A DNA stretch of 64,000 nucleotides, from positions 1,344,001 to 1,408,000 of the forward strand of contig OY782781.1 of assembly GCA_963678315.1 (NCBI GenBank), written 5' to 3'. The position numbers and the translations under genes are program-made. Position 1 is the first letter of the stretch; each line of letters opens with the position of its first letter. Source of the stretch: Candidatus Cloacimonadales bacterium (lineage in GTDB: Bacteria > Cloacimonadota > Cloacimonadia > Cloacimonadales > JAFGVF01). The notes beneath the pieces were generated by a model. It had not been told where the DNA came from and ran no database searches. It saw only the letters and a program-made list of their open reading frames with translations. Of this stretch, positions 28,534-38,696 are shown one piece after another.

Positions 28534-29085
28534 ATGGTAGAAATCAGATGGCACGGTCGTGGTGGACAGGGTGGATTCACTGTTTCACGATTACTTGGCA
28601 TGGCTACTTCTTTATATAATGGAAAACATGCGATTGCATTTCCTGCATTCGGACCAGAAAGAAGAGGTGCTCCAGTTCTTGCATTTACAAAGATAGATGA
28701 CAAGAAGATTGATGATAGAAGTGAAGTTGAATATTGTGATTACGTTGTAGTCATGGATGAAACTCTAATTGGTAACCTAACAGCTTCTGGTTTGAAAGAA
28801 GAAACTTTCATTATTATCAATACAACAAATCCTGAGAAGTATGTAAATTCTTTCTTAAAAAGTAATAGAATATTCTATTTAGATGCAACCCAAATAGCCT
28901 TGGATGTCTTAAAAAGACCTATTACAAATACCACAATGCTAGGAGCGTTAATCAAAGTATCTAATATTACAGACCTTGAATCATGTAAAAAGAGTATTGA
29001 TAATGAGTTAAAGCCAGCAATAGCAGAAAAGAACAAACTTGTTATTGAACGTGCTTTTGATCAAGTTAAAGAGTACAGAGGTTAA
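28534..29085 (+). CDS. porC: 2-oxoacid:ferredoxin oxidoreductase gamma subunit
   Basis: EIRWHGRGGQG, FGPERRGAPV. Confidence 0.92.
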   Translation: MVEIRWHGRGGQGGFTVSRLLGMATSLYNGKHAIAFPAFGPERRGAPVLAFTKIDDKKIDDRSEVEYCDYVVVMDETLIGNLTASGLKEETFIIINTTNPEKYVNSFLKSNRIFYLDATQIALDVLKRPITNTTMLGALIKVSNITDLESCKKSIDNELKPAIAEKNKLVIERAFDQVKEYRG

Positions 29086-29435
29086 TGATGAAAAAGACAA
29101 AAGATTTATTATCAAAAGATGGTTCAAGACCAGTACATCAAGTTTTTAACAAAAGAGAACATATATCAGAATATCCAACAGGTCCAGGATTTATAGCTGG
29201 TCATTTAGCAGAAGTTAATGCAGGTTGGAGAGTATTCAGACCAATTATAGATGAAGAAAAATGTATCGGTTGCTACAAATGTTATATGGTTTGTCCTGAT
29301 GGAGTAATATTCAAAAAAGGGCAAAAGAGCGTAGCTGTTGATTATGATTATTGTAAAGGATGTGGAGTTTGTGCTCATGAGTGTCCAGTTGATGCAATAA
29401 AAATGGAAAAAGAAAATCATGGAGAGGAAGAGTAA
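29085..29435 (+). CDS. porD: 2-oxoacid:ferredoxin oxidoreductase delta subunit (2x[4Fe-4S])
   Basis: GWRVFRP, CIGCYKCYMVCP, DYDYCKGCGVCAHECP. Confidence 0.92.
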   Translation: MMKKTKDLLSKDGSRPVHQVFNKREHISEYPTGPGFIAGHLAEVNAGWRVFRPIIDEEKCIGCYKCYMVCPDGVIFKKGQKSVAVDYDYCKGCGVCAHECPVDAIKMEKENHGEEE

Positions 29436-30637
29436 TGAAGTTAGATAATTCCAAAAAACTATTTGTTTCTGGTGATGAAGCAGTTGCTTTAGGTGTTAGA
29501 TTAGCTAAACCTCATGTGATTTCTGCTTATCCTATCACTCCTCAAACTATTGTTGTTGAAAGACTTTCAGAGATGGTGGAAGATGGTTCTTCTTCAGCTG
29601 AGTTTATGCATGTAGAATCAGAGCACTCAGCTTTATCTTCTGCAATGGGTGCATCAGCTGTTGGAGCAAGAGCCTTTACAGCTACCTCATCTCAAGGACT
29701 TCTTTATATGGCAGAAGTACTTAGCTACTGTTCAGGTGGAAGATATCCTGTAGTTATGATGAATGCTAATCGTGCCTTAGCTCTACCTTGGTCTATCTTT
29801 GGTGATCAATCAGATTCATTACTTCTCTTAGGTTCTGGTTGGATTCAATGCTATGTTGAAGATGCTCAAGAAGCATTAGATATGATGATTCAAGCTTACA
29901 AAATTGCTGAAGATCCAAAAGTCTTAACACCTTTCATGGTTAATTTAGATGGCTTCGTTCTTACTCATACTTATGAATTAGTTGATATTCCTAGACAAGA
30001 AGAAGTTGATGCCTTCTTACCTCCTTTCGAGACACCAAACAAGATGAGTTTAGAAAATCCTATGAACTTAGGTTTCTCAACTTCACCAGCTGACAACTTA
30101 GAATTTAAGTTCCAACAACACCAAGCTATGATAGATGCTTTACCAGTTATAGAAAAAGTTGACCAAGAGTTTGGAGATAAGTTTGGTAGATATTATGGTG
30201 GGGTTCTTGAAACATATAATACTGATGATGCAGATCATATAATGATTACTGCTGGTTCTATCACTGGAACAACAAGAGTTGTTGTAGATACTTTAAGAGC
30301 CGAAGGTAAGAAAGTTGGTTTGATTAAGCTTAGATACTTAAGACCAATGCCTGAAGAAGCGATAGTAGAAGCAATCGGTGATGCTAAATCTATTGGTGTG
30401 ATTGATAAAGATATCTCATTTGGTCACGAAGGTACAATCTTTACAAATGTAAATTCTGCTCTTGCAAAAGCAAATGTTAGACTTAAAAAGCATAACTTTA
30501 TTTGTGGTATGGGTGGACGTAATATTGCGAAGAATGATATAAAAGAAATGTTCTCATGTTTAGAGGATTCAGTTGCTGGAAAAGATGTTCCTAGCGTTAA
30601 ATTCATCAATTTAAATACTTCGATTGAAGAAAGATAG
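29435..30637 (+). CDS. porA: 2-oxoacid:ferredoxin oxidoreductase alpha subunit
   Basis: AYPITPQT, VESEHSA, TATSSQGL, DGFVLTH. Confidence 0.93.
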   Translation: MKLDNSKKLFVSGDEAVALGVRLAKPHVISAYPITPQTIVVERLSEMVEDGSSSAEFMHVESEHSALSSAMGASAVGARAFTATSSQGLLYMAEVLSYCSGGRYPVVMMNANRALALPWSIFGDQSDSLLLLGSGWIQCYVEDAQEALDMMIQAYKIAEDPKVLTPFMVNLDGFVLTHTYELVDIPRQEEVDAFLPPFETPNKMSLENPMNLGFSTSPADNLEFKFQQHQAMIDALPVIEKVDQEFGDKFGRYYGGVLETYNTDDADHIMITAGSITGTTRVVVDTLRAEGKKVGLIKLRYLRPMPEEAIVEAIGDAKSIGVIDKDISFGHEGTIFTNVNSALAKANVRLKKHNFICGMGGRNIAKNDIKEMFSCLEDSVAGKDVPSVKFINLNTSIEER

Positions 30638-30645
30638 GAGAGATT

Positions 30646-31545
30646 ATGCAAAATTTAGAAAAGATAACTCCAAGAAATATTACAGATAAAGAACTCTTCT
30701 ATGGTCACAAAGCTTGTGCCGGTTGTGGTTGCGCATTAGCCGTTAGATTAGCATTAAAAGTTATTGGCGATGGTGCTTTTTCTATTCTTCCTGCTGGTTG
30801 TATGTCAGCTGTAGGATTTATCTATCCTCAAATGGCTTTCGTTAATAATGCTATGATTTCTACCTTTCCTGGTGCTTCTTCTTTAGCTTCAGGTGTTGCA
30901 GTTGGTAATAAAGCTCTTGGTAGAAAGGGTACAAAGGCTGTTGTTTTTGCTGGTGATGGTGGTACAGCAGATATCGGTCTGCAAGCACTTTCAGGAACAA
31001 TTGATAGAAACGATGATGTCCTTTATATTTGTTATGATAATGAAGCTTATATGAACACAGGTATTCAAAAAAGTGGCTTAACTCCTTATGGATCCAAGAC
31101 TACAACTACTCCTGCTGGTTCTAATATTGGTGGTTGTGAAACTCATAAGAAACATCTCTTTGAAATAATTGCGGCTCACGATATTCAATATGCTGCAACT
31201 GCTTCTATTGGTTATTACCAAGACTATATTAATAAAGTGCAAAAAGCTATGTCTGTTAAAGGTACTTCTTTCATTCAAGTTGCTGCAAGCTGTCCTACAG
31301 GTTGGGGAACACCTACAGAGACTTCAGTTGAGATAATGAAAGATTCAGTTGATTGTGGTCTATGGTACTTAGCAGAATATGAAAATGGTAAATTCACTCT
31401 TAACAGAGACCCTAAAGAATTTAAAGATGTAGCATCTCATTTAAAGAGTCAAGGAAGATTCAAACACCTTACCGATTCAGATATTGAAGAAATTGTTAAA
31501 CACAGAGATCTTCAATGGGAAAGAATGAGAGCAAACTGGAAGTAA
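30646..31545 (+). CDS. porB: 2-oxoacid:ferredoxin oxidoreductase beta subunit (TPP-binding)
   Basis: HKACAGCG, GDGGTADIG, YDNEAYMNTG.Q.S..TP, CPTGW. Confidence 0.93.
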   Translation: MQNLEKITPRNITDKELFYGHKACAGCGCALAVRLALKVIGDGAFSILPAGCMSAVGFIYPQMAFVNNAMISTFPGASSLASGVAVGNKALGRKGTKAVVFAGDGGTADIGLQALSGTIDRNDDVLYICYDNEAYMNTGIQKSGLTPYGSKTTTTPAGSNIGGCETHKKHLFEIIAAHDIQYAATASIGYYQDYINKVQKAMSVKGTSFIQVAASCPTGWGTPTETSVEIMKDSVDCGLWYLAEYENGKFTLNRDPKEFKDVASHLKSQGRFKHLTDSDIEEIVKHRDLQWERMRANWK

Positions 31546-31552
31546 ACTTACC

Positions 31553-31865
31553 GGGATTGTAGCCATCCTTGGCTACGAAAGAGAGATACTGGGATTGTAG
31601 CCATCCTTGGCTACGAAAGTGATTAGCGTAAGCATGAACACAGTTCAGCCCTAAAGGGCGGATGCTTACACTCCAGAAAATAAACAGGATTGTAGCCATC
31701 AGTCAAGCCTGACACGGTCCTTGGTAACGAAAGAGAAATACTGGGATTGTAGCCATCCTTGGCTACGAAAGTGATTAGCGTAAGCATGAACACAGTTCAG
31801 CCCTAAAGGGCGGATGCTTACACTCCAGAAAATAAACAGGATTGTAGCCATCCTTGGCTACGAAA
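31553..31865. repeat. REP/BIME-like array
   Basis: GGATTGTAGCC-ATCCTT-GGCTACGAAA at 31554, 31592, 31687 (with insert), 31744 and 31839; two inverted GCGTAAGCA...TGCTTACACTCC units; 152-bp higher-order period. Confidence 0.9.
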
Positions 31866-31874
31866 TGATATAAA

Positions 31875-31903
31875 AAAGCCTAGGTTAAAATGACCTAGGC
31901 TTT
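31875..31903. terminator. Bidirectional terminator between porB and gcvPB
   Basis: aaagcctaggtta-aaa-tgacctaggcttt. Confidence 0.8.
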
Positions 31904-31926
31904 AATTCTATATAAACAATTAGTAA

Positions 31927-33378
31927 TTATTGTTCAAATTTAACATCAAGAACTTTTACAGCTCTAACATCATCAACTCTGCGAACAGGAGTATTGAATG
32001 GTGCATGGTGTAAAGATTCAGGATCTGCTTCAATTTCATTAGCAATTTCAATCATAGCATCTACGAATAGATTCAATGACTGTAATGATTCTGTCTCGGT
32101 AGGTTCAATCATTAAAGCTTCAGAAATGATAAGTGGGAAATAGATAGTTGGAGCATGGAAACCTTTATCAAGAAGTCGTTTAGCGATATCTAAAGTTGAT
32201 ACACCATATTGCTTCTTTTGTTTAGTTCCATCAGCAACAAATTCATGCATACAATATTGGTCAGCATGAGCTATGTTATAGTAATCTTTTAATCTAGCTT
32301 GAAGGTAGTTAGCATTGATAATAGCATTTTCACCAACAGATCTGATACCTTCAGGTCCTAACATTTTGATGTAAGTATAAGCTCTAACATTAACTGCAAA
32401 GTTACCGTAGAAAGTGTGAACACTACCGATAGATGTTTCTTGGTGTGAATAATCTAAGAAATAAGTATCATCTTTCAATGAAACCATAGGAGCAGGAAGG
32501 AACTTAACTAATTTCTCTACAACACCAACAGCACCAGAACCAGGTCCGCCACCACCGTGAGGAGTTGAGAATGTTTTGTGTAAGTTATAGTGCATAACAT
32601 CAAAGCCAATTTTACCAGGCTGTACAATACCTAGTAATGCATTAAAGTTTGCACCATCCATATACATTAAACCGTCAACACCATGAATAATATTAGCTAT
32701 TTCTTCAACTTGATTCTCGAAAAGACCAAGTGTATTAGGATTAGTTAACATGAATCCAGCAGTGTTTTCATCTACCATTTCTTTAAGCTTTTCAACATCA
32801 ACTTTGCCATCAGGAGTTGACTTAAGTTCTTTAACTTCGAAGCCAGCTAAAGTACATGAAGCAGGATTAGTTCCGTGAGCAGAGTCAGGCATAATGATAA
32901 CATTTTTATGTTCATTACCATTGAACTTATGGTAAGCACTGATTATTTTTAAACCAACAAATTCACCTTGAGCACCAGCAACAGGTTGTAAAGTAGCATT
33001 AGCCATACCAGATATTTCTGCAAGGTCATGCTGTAATTCGTACATTAACTGAAGAGCACCTTGAACTGTTGATTGAGGTTGTAAAGGATGTAAGTTAGCA
33101 ATACCTGATTGTCTAGCTACAACTTCATTAACTTTAGGATTATACTTCATTGTACATGATCCTAGAGGGTAAAGACCCTTTTCGATGAAGTGGTTTTTGC
33201 TTCCTAATTCTATATAGTGTCTCATAACATCAAGTTCTGATGCTTGAGGTAATTTAGCGTCTTCTGATCTAGCAAACTTTGCAGGAAGAATATCATTTAA
33301 TTCAATATCAACATCAATTTTTGGAAGTGTGTAACCTTTTCTTCCTTGAGAACTCTTTTCAAATATTGTAGTAGACAT
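31927..33378 (-). CDS. gcvPB: Glycine dehydrogenase (decarboxylating) subunit 2
   Basis: YPLGSCTMKYNP, SAHGTNPAS, NLHKTFSTPHGGGGPG. Confidence 0.96.
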   Translation of the reverse strand: MSTTIFEKSSQGRKGYTLPKIDVDIELNDILPAKFARSEDAKLPQASELDVMRHYIELGSKNHFIEKGLYPLGSCTMKYNPKVNEVVARQSGIANLHPLQPQSTVQGALQLMYELQHDLAEISGMANATLQPVAGAQGEFVGLKIISAYHKFNGNEHKNVIIMPDSAHGTNPASCTLAGFEVKELKSTPDGKVDVEKLKEMVDENTAGFMLTNPNTLGLFENQVEEIANIIHGVDGLMYMDGANFNALLGIVQPGKIGFDVMHYNLHKTFSTPHGGGGPGSGAVGVVEKLVKFLPAPMVSLKDDTYFLDYSHQETSIGSVHTFYGNFAVNVRAYTYIKMLGPEGIRSVGENAIINANYLQARLKDYYNIAHADQYCMHEFVADGTKQKKQYGVSTLDIAKRLLDKGFHAPTIYFPLIISEALMIEPTETESLQSLNLFVDAMIEIANEIEADPESLHHAPFNTPVRRVDDVRAVKVLDVKFEQ

Positions 33379-34718
33379 TATTTCACCTCCGCAAGTACTT
33401 GAATGAATCTATCTAATTCTGCTTTAGATTTCTTTTCTGTAACAGCAATCATTAATTGATTATCATAGCCAAACATTTTCATATCTACACCAGCATAGAT
33501 GTCACTATTGAGTGCTTTTTCAATAACTTCGCTTGCTGGAATAGGAGTGTTAACAACAAATTCCTTGAAGAAAGTTTGATTTGGATATGCTAATGAAAAA
33601 CCATCAAGTTTAGCGATGTTTTGTGCTAAGTAATGAGCTTTTTTCATTGATTGACTTGCCACATCTTTTAAACCTTCTTTACCCATTAATGCCATATAAA
33701 CTGTAGCTGCTAATGTGCAAAGTGATTGGTTTGAACAGATATTTGAAGTAGCTTTAACACGTCTGATGTGTTGTTCTCTAGCTTGAAGTGTTAGTGAATA
33801 TGCTCTGTTGCCAGCTTCATCTAAAGTACCACCAACAATTCTTCCTGGCATGATTCTTGCCATAGCTAGTTTGGTAGCGAAGAAACCGAATAAAGGTCCA
33901 CCATAATTAGTGTTGTTACCAAGAGCTTGACCTTCACCAACTACAATATCAGCACCAAATTCAGCAGGTGATTGAGTTATTGCTAAAGCGATAGGGTCAA
34001 CTGAAACAATATAAAGAGCTCTTTTAGTAGAATGAACAAGCTTTTCGATTGCTTGAGCATCTTCAAAGTTACCAAAGAAGTTTGGAGTTTGAATTAATAC
34101 ACAAGCTAAATCATCAGTAATTTTGCTCTCTAAATCAGCCATGTCAATCACACCATCTTTAGCTTCAACATATTGAATTTCAATGTCAATTCCTTCAGTA
34201 TATTTTGCAATAACATCTTTGAAGTTATGGTGAATTGTGCCTGCTACAAGAGCTTTATTATTTCTAGTTTTTCTTACAGCCATTAAAATAGCTTCGGCAC
34301 AAGCAGATGCACCATCATACATACTAGCGTTTGCTATTTCCATACCTGTAAGTTGGCAAATCATTGATTGATATTCATAGATAAATTGTAATGTACCTTG
34401 ACTTACCTCTGCTTGGTAAGGAGTATATGCAGTATAGAATTCAGGTCTAGATACTATTGTATCTACAGCACTTGGAATAAAGTGGTCATAAACCCCAGCA
34501 CCAAGATATGAATCTGCATTTTGAGTACATTTGTTAGAATTAACTAGTCTATTAACTTTCTTCATAATATCTAGTTCAGAATATGCATCTTCTAGATTTA
34601 GCTTGTCTTTTAAGACAAACTTTTCTGGAATAGCAGAGATTAAATCATTAAACGATTCAACACCAATAACCTTGAGCATCTCTTTGCGTTCTTGCTCAGT
34701 TGTTGAAATGTAAGGCAT
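33378..34718 (-). CDS. gcvPA: Glycine dehydrogenase (decarboxylating) subunit 1
   Basis: EFYTAYTPYQAEVSQG, NASMYDG, REQHIRR.KATSNICSNQ. Confidence 0.96.
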   Translation of the reverse strand: MPYISTTEQERKEMLKVIGVESFNDLISAIPEKFVLKDKLNLEDAYSELDIMKKVNRLVNSNKCTQNADSYLGAGVYDHFIPSAVDTIVSRPEFYTAYTPYQAEVSQGTLQFIYEYQSMICQLTGMEIANASMYDGASACAEAILMAVRKTRNNKALVAGTIHHNFKDVIAKYTEGIDIEIQYVEAKDGVIDMADLESKITDDLACVLIQTPNFFGNFEDAQAIEKLVHSTKRALYIVSVDPIALAITQSPAEFGADIVVGEGQALGNNTNYGGPLFGFFATKLAMARIMPGRIVGGTLDEAGNRAYSLTLQAREQHIRRVKATSNICSNQSLCTLAATVYMALMGKEGLKDVASQSMKKAHYLAQNIAKLDGFSLAYPNQTFFKEFVVNTPIPASEVIEKALNSDIYAGVDMKMFGYDNQLMIAVTEKKSKAELDRFIQVLAEVK

Positions 34719-34883
34719 ATTAACTCCTTATTCATTATATTTTTTGTATTTGTTCTGTAGCAATGAGATTGGAATTAATTATTCTGTCAATAAAAAGAAA
34801 TAGTATTTTCTATAGTCCTGTAAATGAATATGTTAGACTTGTAAGATTTTTGTTGATTACCAATGTTAACATGAGTTGTTAAT

Positions 34884-36524
34884 CTATTGGCTATTATTTT
34901 CACGAATTAGTGGTAACTCAAGATAGAAAGTTGAGCCCTCTCCTAGTTTAGATTCAAGATGTAACTTTCCAGCTAAAGCTTCTGATAAAGACTTGGCAAT
35001 AGTAAGTCCTAAGCCAGTTCCATTATACTTTCTAGATGTAGCAGAATCAATCTGTGTAAAACTCATGAAAAGATAGTTGAAATCTTTTTCAGCAATTCCA
35101 ATACCAGTATCCTTAACATAAATGGTAAGCTTGTTATCCTTAATGTAAGATCCAAGAGTAATTTCACCTGATTCAGTAAACTTAAGAGCATTATCAATTA
35201 AGTGCTCTAGGATTTTATCTAGTTTCTGCAAATCTGTTACAATAATTGATTGCTCATCAATATTGAAATCTTTTACCTTATTAATATTAGGATTTTTAGT
35301 ATCAAGAAGTTTAAATTTATTTTCTAAGTAAATCTTTAGTTCAATTTCTTGGTTTCTAATTATTTGAGATTTAGTTTGAATCTGGCTAGCTTCAATAATG
35401 TTATTAACAATTCGAAGAAGTTTTTTACTTGATTGAACAATTATTCCATGATATTCTTTATATTCATCCTCATTAATATTAGGATTCTTGATTAGTTCTG
35501 AGAAACCAATAATTGCATGAAGGGGTGTTCTTAGCTCATGTGTGACAGAACGGAAAAAGTTATCCTTAAATTTATTTATCTCTTCAAGTTTTTCATTATC
35601 TGATAGTAGTTCTTCGTTACTCTTTTCAGCTTCTTGAACCTTTTGAGTTAGCTCAAGTGATTCTTTTTTATACTTCTCTTTAAGTATTTTTTGGATCAGA
35701 ATTATTATCACTGCTAAAAGTAATATTACTAAGACAAGTGCAAGGTAATTGAATACATTAGCATTCTGGTTATCGATTTCTATGTATTTTCTAAATGTTT
35801 TATAATAAACAGATCTTTTATCTTTTTTAAATTGCTTTATTTTTGAATCAAATACTCCCCTTAAGTATGGAGTAAAATCCGAATCCTTATTAAAAGCATA
35901 CTTAAGATTTACTGGCTGGAACCAAAGAGAAGAAGCTTTTATATCATGATCTTTAGCATACATATTTCCATAATCTTTACTGCAGATAGCAAAATCTACT
36001 TTTTTGTCATTTAGAGCATGTAACATTGCTCGATAACTATCAAATTCAACAAAGGAAGAGGTTAGACCTAACTTGTTTTTAATATCAGCAATTCCTCCAT
36101 CCTGGTTGTAGTTCATGCTCTCCTTTAAAACACCTATTAACTTATCGTTCAAATCATGAAGGTCTTCAAATGAATCATCTTTATGGAGATATACAACCGA
36201 CCAGGTTGGCATTACAGATTCTTCACCAAGAACAAGAACTTTGCGACGTTCCTCTGTCTCAGCAACATCTACCAGCATGTCTATTTGACCATTAATCAAC
36301 ATTTGATAACAGCTATTCCAATCTTTATGAATCCAATTTATTTGAAGATCTTCCTGAATTGCTATTTCGTTGGTAATATCAGCCCAGAATCCAGCAGCTT
36401 TATTAGTTGTTTTATCAAAGAATATTTTGGGAGGATTGTCATAATAGCCAATATTCACTACTTCATAGCAATAGACTGATATTGTTAAAAGTAGTATAGA
36501 TATTGTTATAATTATTTTATGCAT
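34884..36524 (-). CDS. Sensor histidine kinase with N-terminal family-3 solute-binding domain
   Basis: Signal peptide, Y.NPP...G...D..EIA SBP pattern, TM, THELRTPL, NALKFT, DTGIGI, GTGLGL. Confidence 0.9.
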   Translation of the reverse strand: MHKIIITISILLLTISVYCYEVVNIGYYDNPPKIFFDKTTNKAAGFWADITNEIAIQEDLQINWIHKDWNSCYQMLINGQIDMLVDVAETEERRKVLVLGEESVMPTWSVVYLHKDDSFEDLHDLNDKLIGVLKESMNYNQDGGIADIKNKLGLTSSFVEFDSYRAMLHALNDKKVDFAICSKDYGNMYAKDHDIKASSLWFQPVNLKYAFNKDSDFTPYLRGVFDSKIKQFKKDKRSVYYKTFRKYIEIDNQNANVFNYLALVLVILLLAVIIILIQKILKEKYKKESLELTQKVQEAEKSNEELLSDNEKLEEINKFKDNFFRSVTHELRTPLHAIIGFSELIKNPNINEDEYKEYHGIIVQSSKKLLRIVNNIIEASQIQTKSQIIRNQEIELKIYLENKFKLLDTKNPNINKVKDFNIDEQSIIVTDLQKLDKILEHLIDNALKFTESGEITLGSYIKDNKLTIYVKDTGIGIAEKDFNYLFMSFTQIDSATSRKYNGTGLGLTIAKSLSEALAGKLHLESKLGEGSTFYLELPLIRENNSQ

Positions 36525-36648
36525 AAGTCCTCCAAGAATTTATGAACTAGTTTATAATAAGTTTTAATTTGATTTAAAGGTCAAGAAATATTTTAAAAAG
36601 AAAAAAGGACTGCAATGATTACAGTCCTTATATCAAATTATTTTATAC

Positions 36649-36819
36649 TTATTCTGAAATTGCACTAACAGGGCAAGTAGAGATGCAAGCACCACAATCG
36701 ATACATGTAGCTTCATCCACAACTGCTTTGTCGTCAACCATTGAAAGTGCTTGAACTGGGCATACGTCAACACATGCTGAACAACCAATACAAGTTCCTT
36801 TGTCTATTTTTACTGCCAT
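36649..36819 (-). CDS. 2x[4Fe-4S] ferredoxin, 56 aa (not in the ORF track)
   Basis: Hand translation MAVKIDKGTCIGCSACVDVCPVQALSMVDDKAVVDEATCIDCGACISTCPVSAISE*; two CxxCxxCxxxCP motifs; GGAGG RBS; terminator hairpin at 36605-36629. Confidence 0.96.
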   Translation of the reverse strand: MAVKIDKGTCIGCSACVDVCPVQALSMVDDKAVVDEATCIDCGACISTCPVSAISE

Positions 36820-36888
36820 AATTGGCCTCCTAAAGAATATTTGATTTTATAATTATCAATTTACATCTTATGTCAAGAAAAAAAAGTA

Positions 36889-37917
36889 CTATTTATATAA
36901 GGGCAAACTAACTTTAGAACCTTCTCTTGCTGACATGTAGAGAGCTTGAATTATCTCTAAAGACTTTCTTCCACACCTACCATCAGTTGAAGGTTCGCAT
37001 TTACCAGAAAGTACATCAATAACATTTTGGTAATAAGGAATATGACCAAAACCGTAGATGTTTGGTGGATTATAATTTGATTCTTCAATTAACTTATCAT
37101 CATCATCATAATCTTCGAAATCCCATTTTTCAACTTTATTAATAGCAACTCCACCTATTTTTACTGTACCTTTTTCTCCTAGAATAGTTATAGATCCTTC
37201 GAAGTTCTTAGGGTAAGTAAGCATGGTAACGTTCATGGTTCCGATAACCCCATTTCTAAACTTAATGATTACAGAACCTGTATCTTCGGCTTCAATGTTT
37301 CTTTCCATAGTAGAAGTCTCTGCCATAACAGAATCAACATTACCAATTAACCAATATAGGGCATCAACATAGTGAGATGCTTGGTTCATAAAAGCACCGC
37401 CATCAAATTCCCATGTACCACGCCATTTAGCCATATCGTAGTAGTGCTGAGGTCTTGTCCAAAATACATTAGATTGAACCATATAGATTTTACCAAATCT
37501 ATTTTTATCCACAGCTTTTTTCAATAATTGCATTGTTGAATTTAGTCTGTTTTGTTTTACTACAAAGAGGTGAACTTTATATTCATCACATGCCTTAATA
37601 AGTGCATCTGCATCATTTATGTTGATTGCCATAGGCTTTTCAGTAATGACATGGATATTGTGTTTCGCAACTTCAATGCCTATTTGTGGGTGAATACCGC
37701 TTGGTGTACAAATTGAAACAGCATCTAGTTCTTCTTTATCTAACATTTCTTTGTAATCAGTATAGTATGATTTTAGATTATATTTTTCACAAGCTTCTTT
37801 AGCTCTATCTTCTAATATATCGCAACATGTTACGAATTCTGCATTTTCAATCTCTTTTATAGATTCGAAATGATTCTTTGAAATTCTTCCACAACCAATT
37901 AGTCCTAACTTAATCAT
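36889..37917 (-). CDS. Gfo/Idh/MocA oxidoreductase, WbpB/WlbA-like UDP-GlcNAcA 3-dehydrogenase
   Basis: IGCGRIS, ICTPSGIH, EKPMA, VVKQNRLN, WTRPQ.YY...WRGTW..DGG..MNQASH. Confidence 0.85.
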   Translation of the reverse strand: MIKLGLIGCGRISKNHFESIKEIENAEFVTCCDILEDRAKEACEKYNLKSYYTDYKEMLDKEELDAVSICTPSGIHPQIGIEVAKHNIHVITEKPMAININDADALIKACDEYKVHLFVVKQNRLNSTMQLLKKAVDKNRFGKIYMVQSNVFWTRPQHYYDMAKWRGTWEFDGGAFMNQASHYVDALYWLIGNVDSVMAETSTMERNIEAEDTGSVIIKFRNGVIGTMNVTMLTYPKNFEGSITILGEKGTVKIGGVAINKVEKWDFEDYDDDDKLIEESNYNPPNIYGFGHIPYYQNVIDVLSGKCEPSTDGRCGRKSLEIIQALYMSAREGSKVSLPLYK

Positions 37918-38193
37918 TTAAGCTCCCTGTTGAAGATTATTTTATTATACTAGTACATTAAAAAAGCTCCTTATTGTCAATAAGAAAATGTATTGTTTAG
38001 AATTATTTTTACTATTAAGGAAAAGTTTTTATTGAAATGCAAACTACTTGCCTAGATATAACTAATTATTATCAAATAGCTTAGTTATTAAGTATCTAAT
38101 AAGATTTCTTAATATTATCTTAAAAAACAAAATATTTTCTTGACATAAAAGACCTGCTAAGGATTTTAAGCATACGCTGTGAATTCAGTGACT

Positions 38194-38268
38194 GGTCCAG
38201 TAACTCAGTGGTAGAGTATCTGCCTTTTAAGCAGAGAGTCGATGGTTCGAGCCCATCCTGGATCACCA
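38194..38268 (+). tRNA. tRNA-Lys(TTT)
   Basis: GGTCCAG/CTGGATC acceptor; TCTGC-CT-TTT-AA-GCAGA; encoded CCA. Confidence 0.96.
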
Positions 38269-38272
38269 TTTT

Positions 38273-38347
38273 GACCCCTTCGTCTAGTGGTTAGGACTCA
38301 AGATTTTCATTCTTGCAACAGGAGTTCGATTCTCCTAGGGGTCGCCA
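38273..38347 (+). tRNA. tRNA-Glu(TTC)
   Basis: GACCCCT/AGGGGTC acceptor; CAAGA-TT-TTC-AT-TCTTG; encoded CCA. Confidence 0.96.
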
Positions 38348-38354
38348 CCTTTAG

Positions 38355-38430
38355 GTCTCCATCGTCTAGTGGCCTAGGACTCTGGATTCTCATTCCAGCA
38401 ACAGGGGTTCAATTCCCCTTGGAGATGCCA
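38355..38430 (+). tRNA. tRNA-Glu(CTC)
   Basis: GTCTCCA/TGGAGAT acceptor; CTGGA-TT-CTC-AT-TCCAG; encoded CCA. Confidence 0.95.
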
Positions 38431-38453
38431 GTGTAAAAGTAAAAAATATATAT

Positions 38454-38528
38454 GACCCCTTCGTCTAGTGGTTAGGACTCAAGATTTTCATTCTTGCAAC
38501 AGGAGTTCGATTCTCCTAGGGGTCGCCA
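38454..38528 (+). tRNA. tRNA-Glu(TTC), second identical copy
   Basis: Same sequence as 38273-38347; followed by hairpin aaaaagcttatc..ggtaagcttttt. Confidence 0.96.
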
Positions 38529-38588
38529 AAAAAGCTTATCAGCGAGGTAAGCTTTTTTAGACCGTTAATCTATTCTAAAGATAGATTT

Positions 38589-38664
38589 GGACCTATAGCT
38601 CAGTTGGTAGAGCCTTCGGCTCATAACCGAACGGTCGGGGGTTCGACTCCCTCTGGGTCCACCA
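38589..38664 (+). tRNA. tRNA with CAT anticodon, probably tRNA-Ile2 (lysidine type)
   Basis: GGACCTA/TGGGTCC acceptor; TTCGG-CT-CAT-AA-CCGAA; lacks initiator features (C1 mismatch, GGG/CCC anticodon stem); resembles known Ile2 sequences. Confidence 0.9.
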
Positions 38665-38696
38665 TTTTTTAACCTGCTTTCGAGCAGGTTTTTTTT

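Noticed and set aside
31553..31865. CRISPR array
   Set aside because: Intervening sequences are duplicated and themselves palindromic rather than unique spacers
34719..34883. Glycine riboswitch upstream of gcvPA
   Set aside because: Short AT-rich gap with no GGAGA...CCGAAG...CTCTCAGG-type motifs
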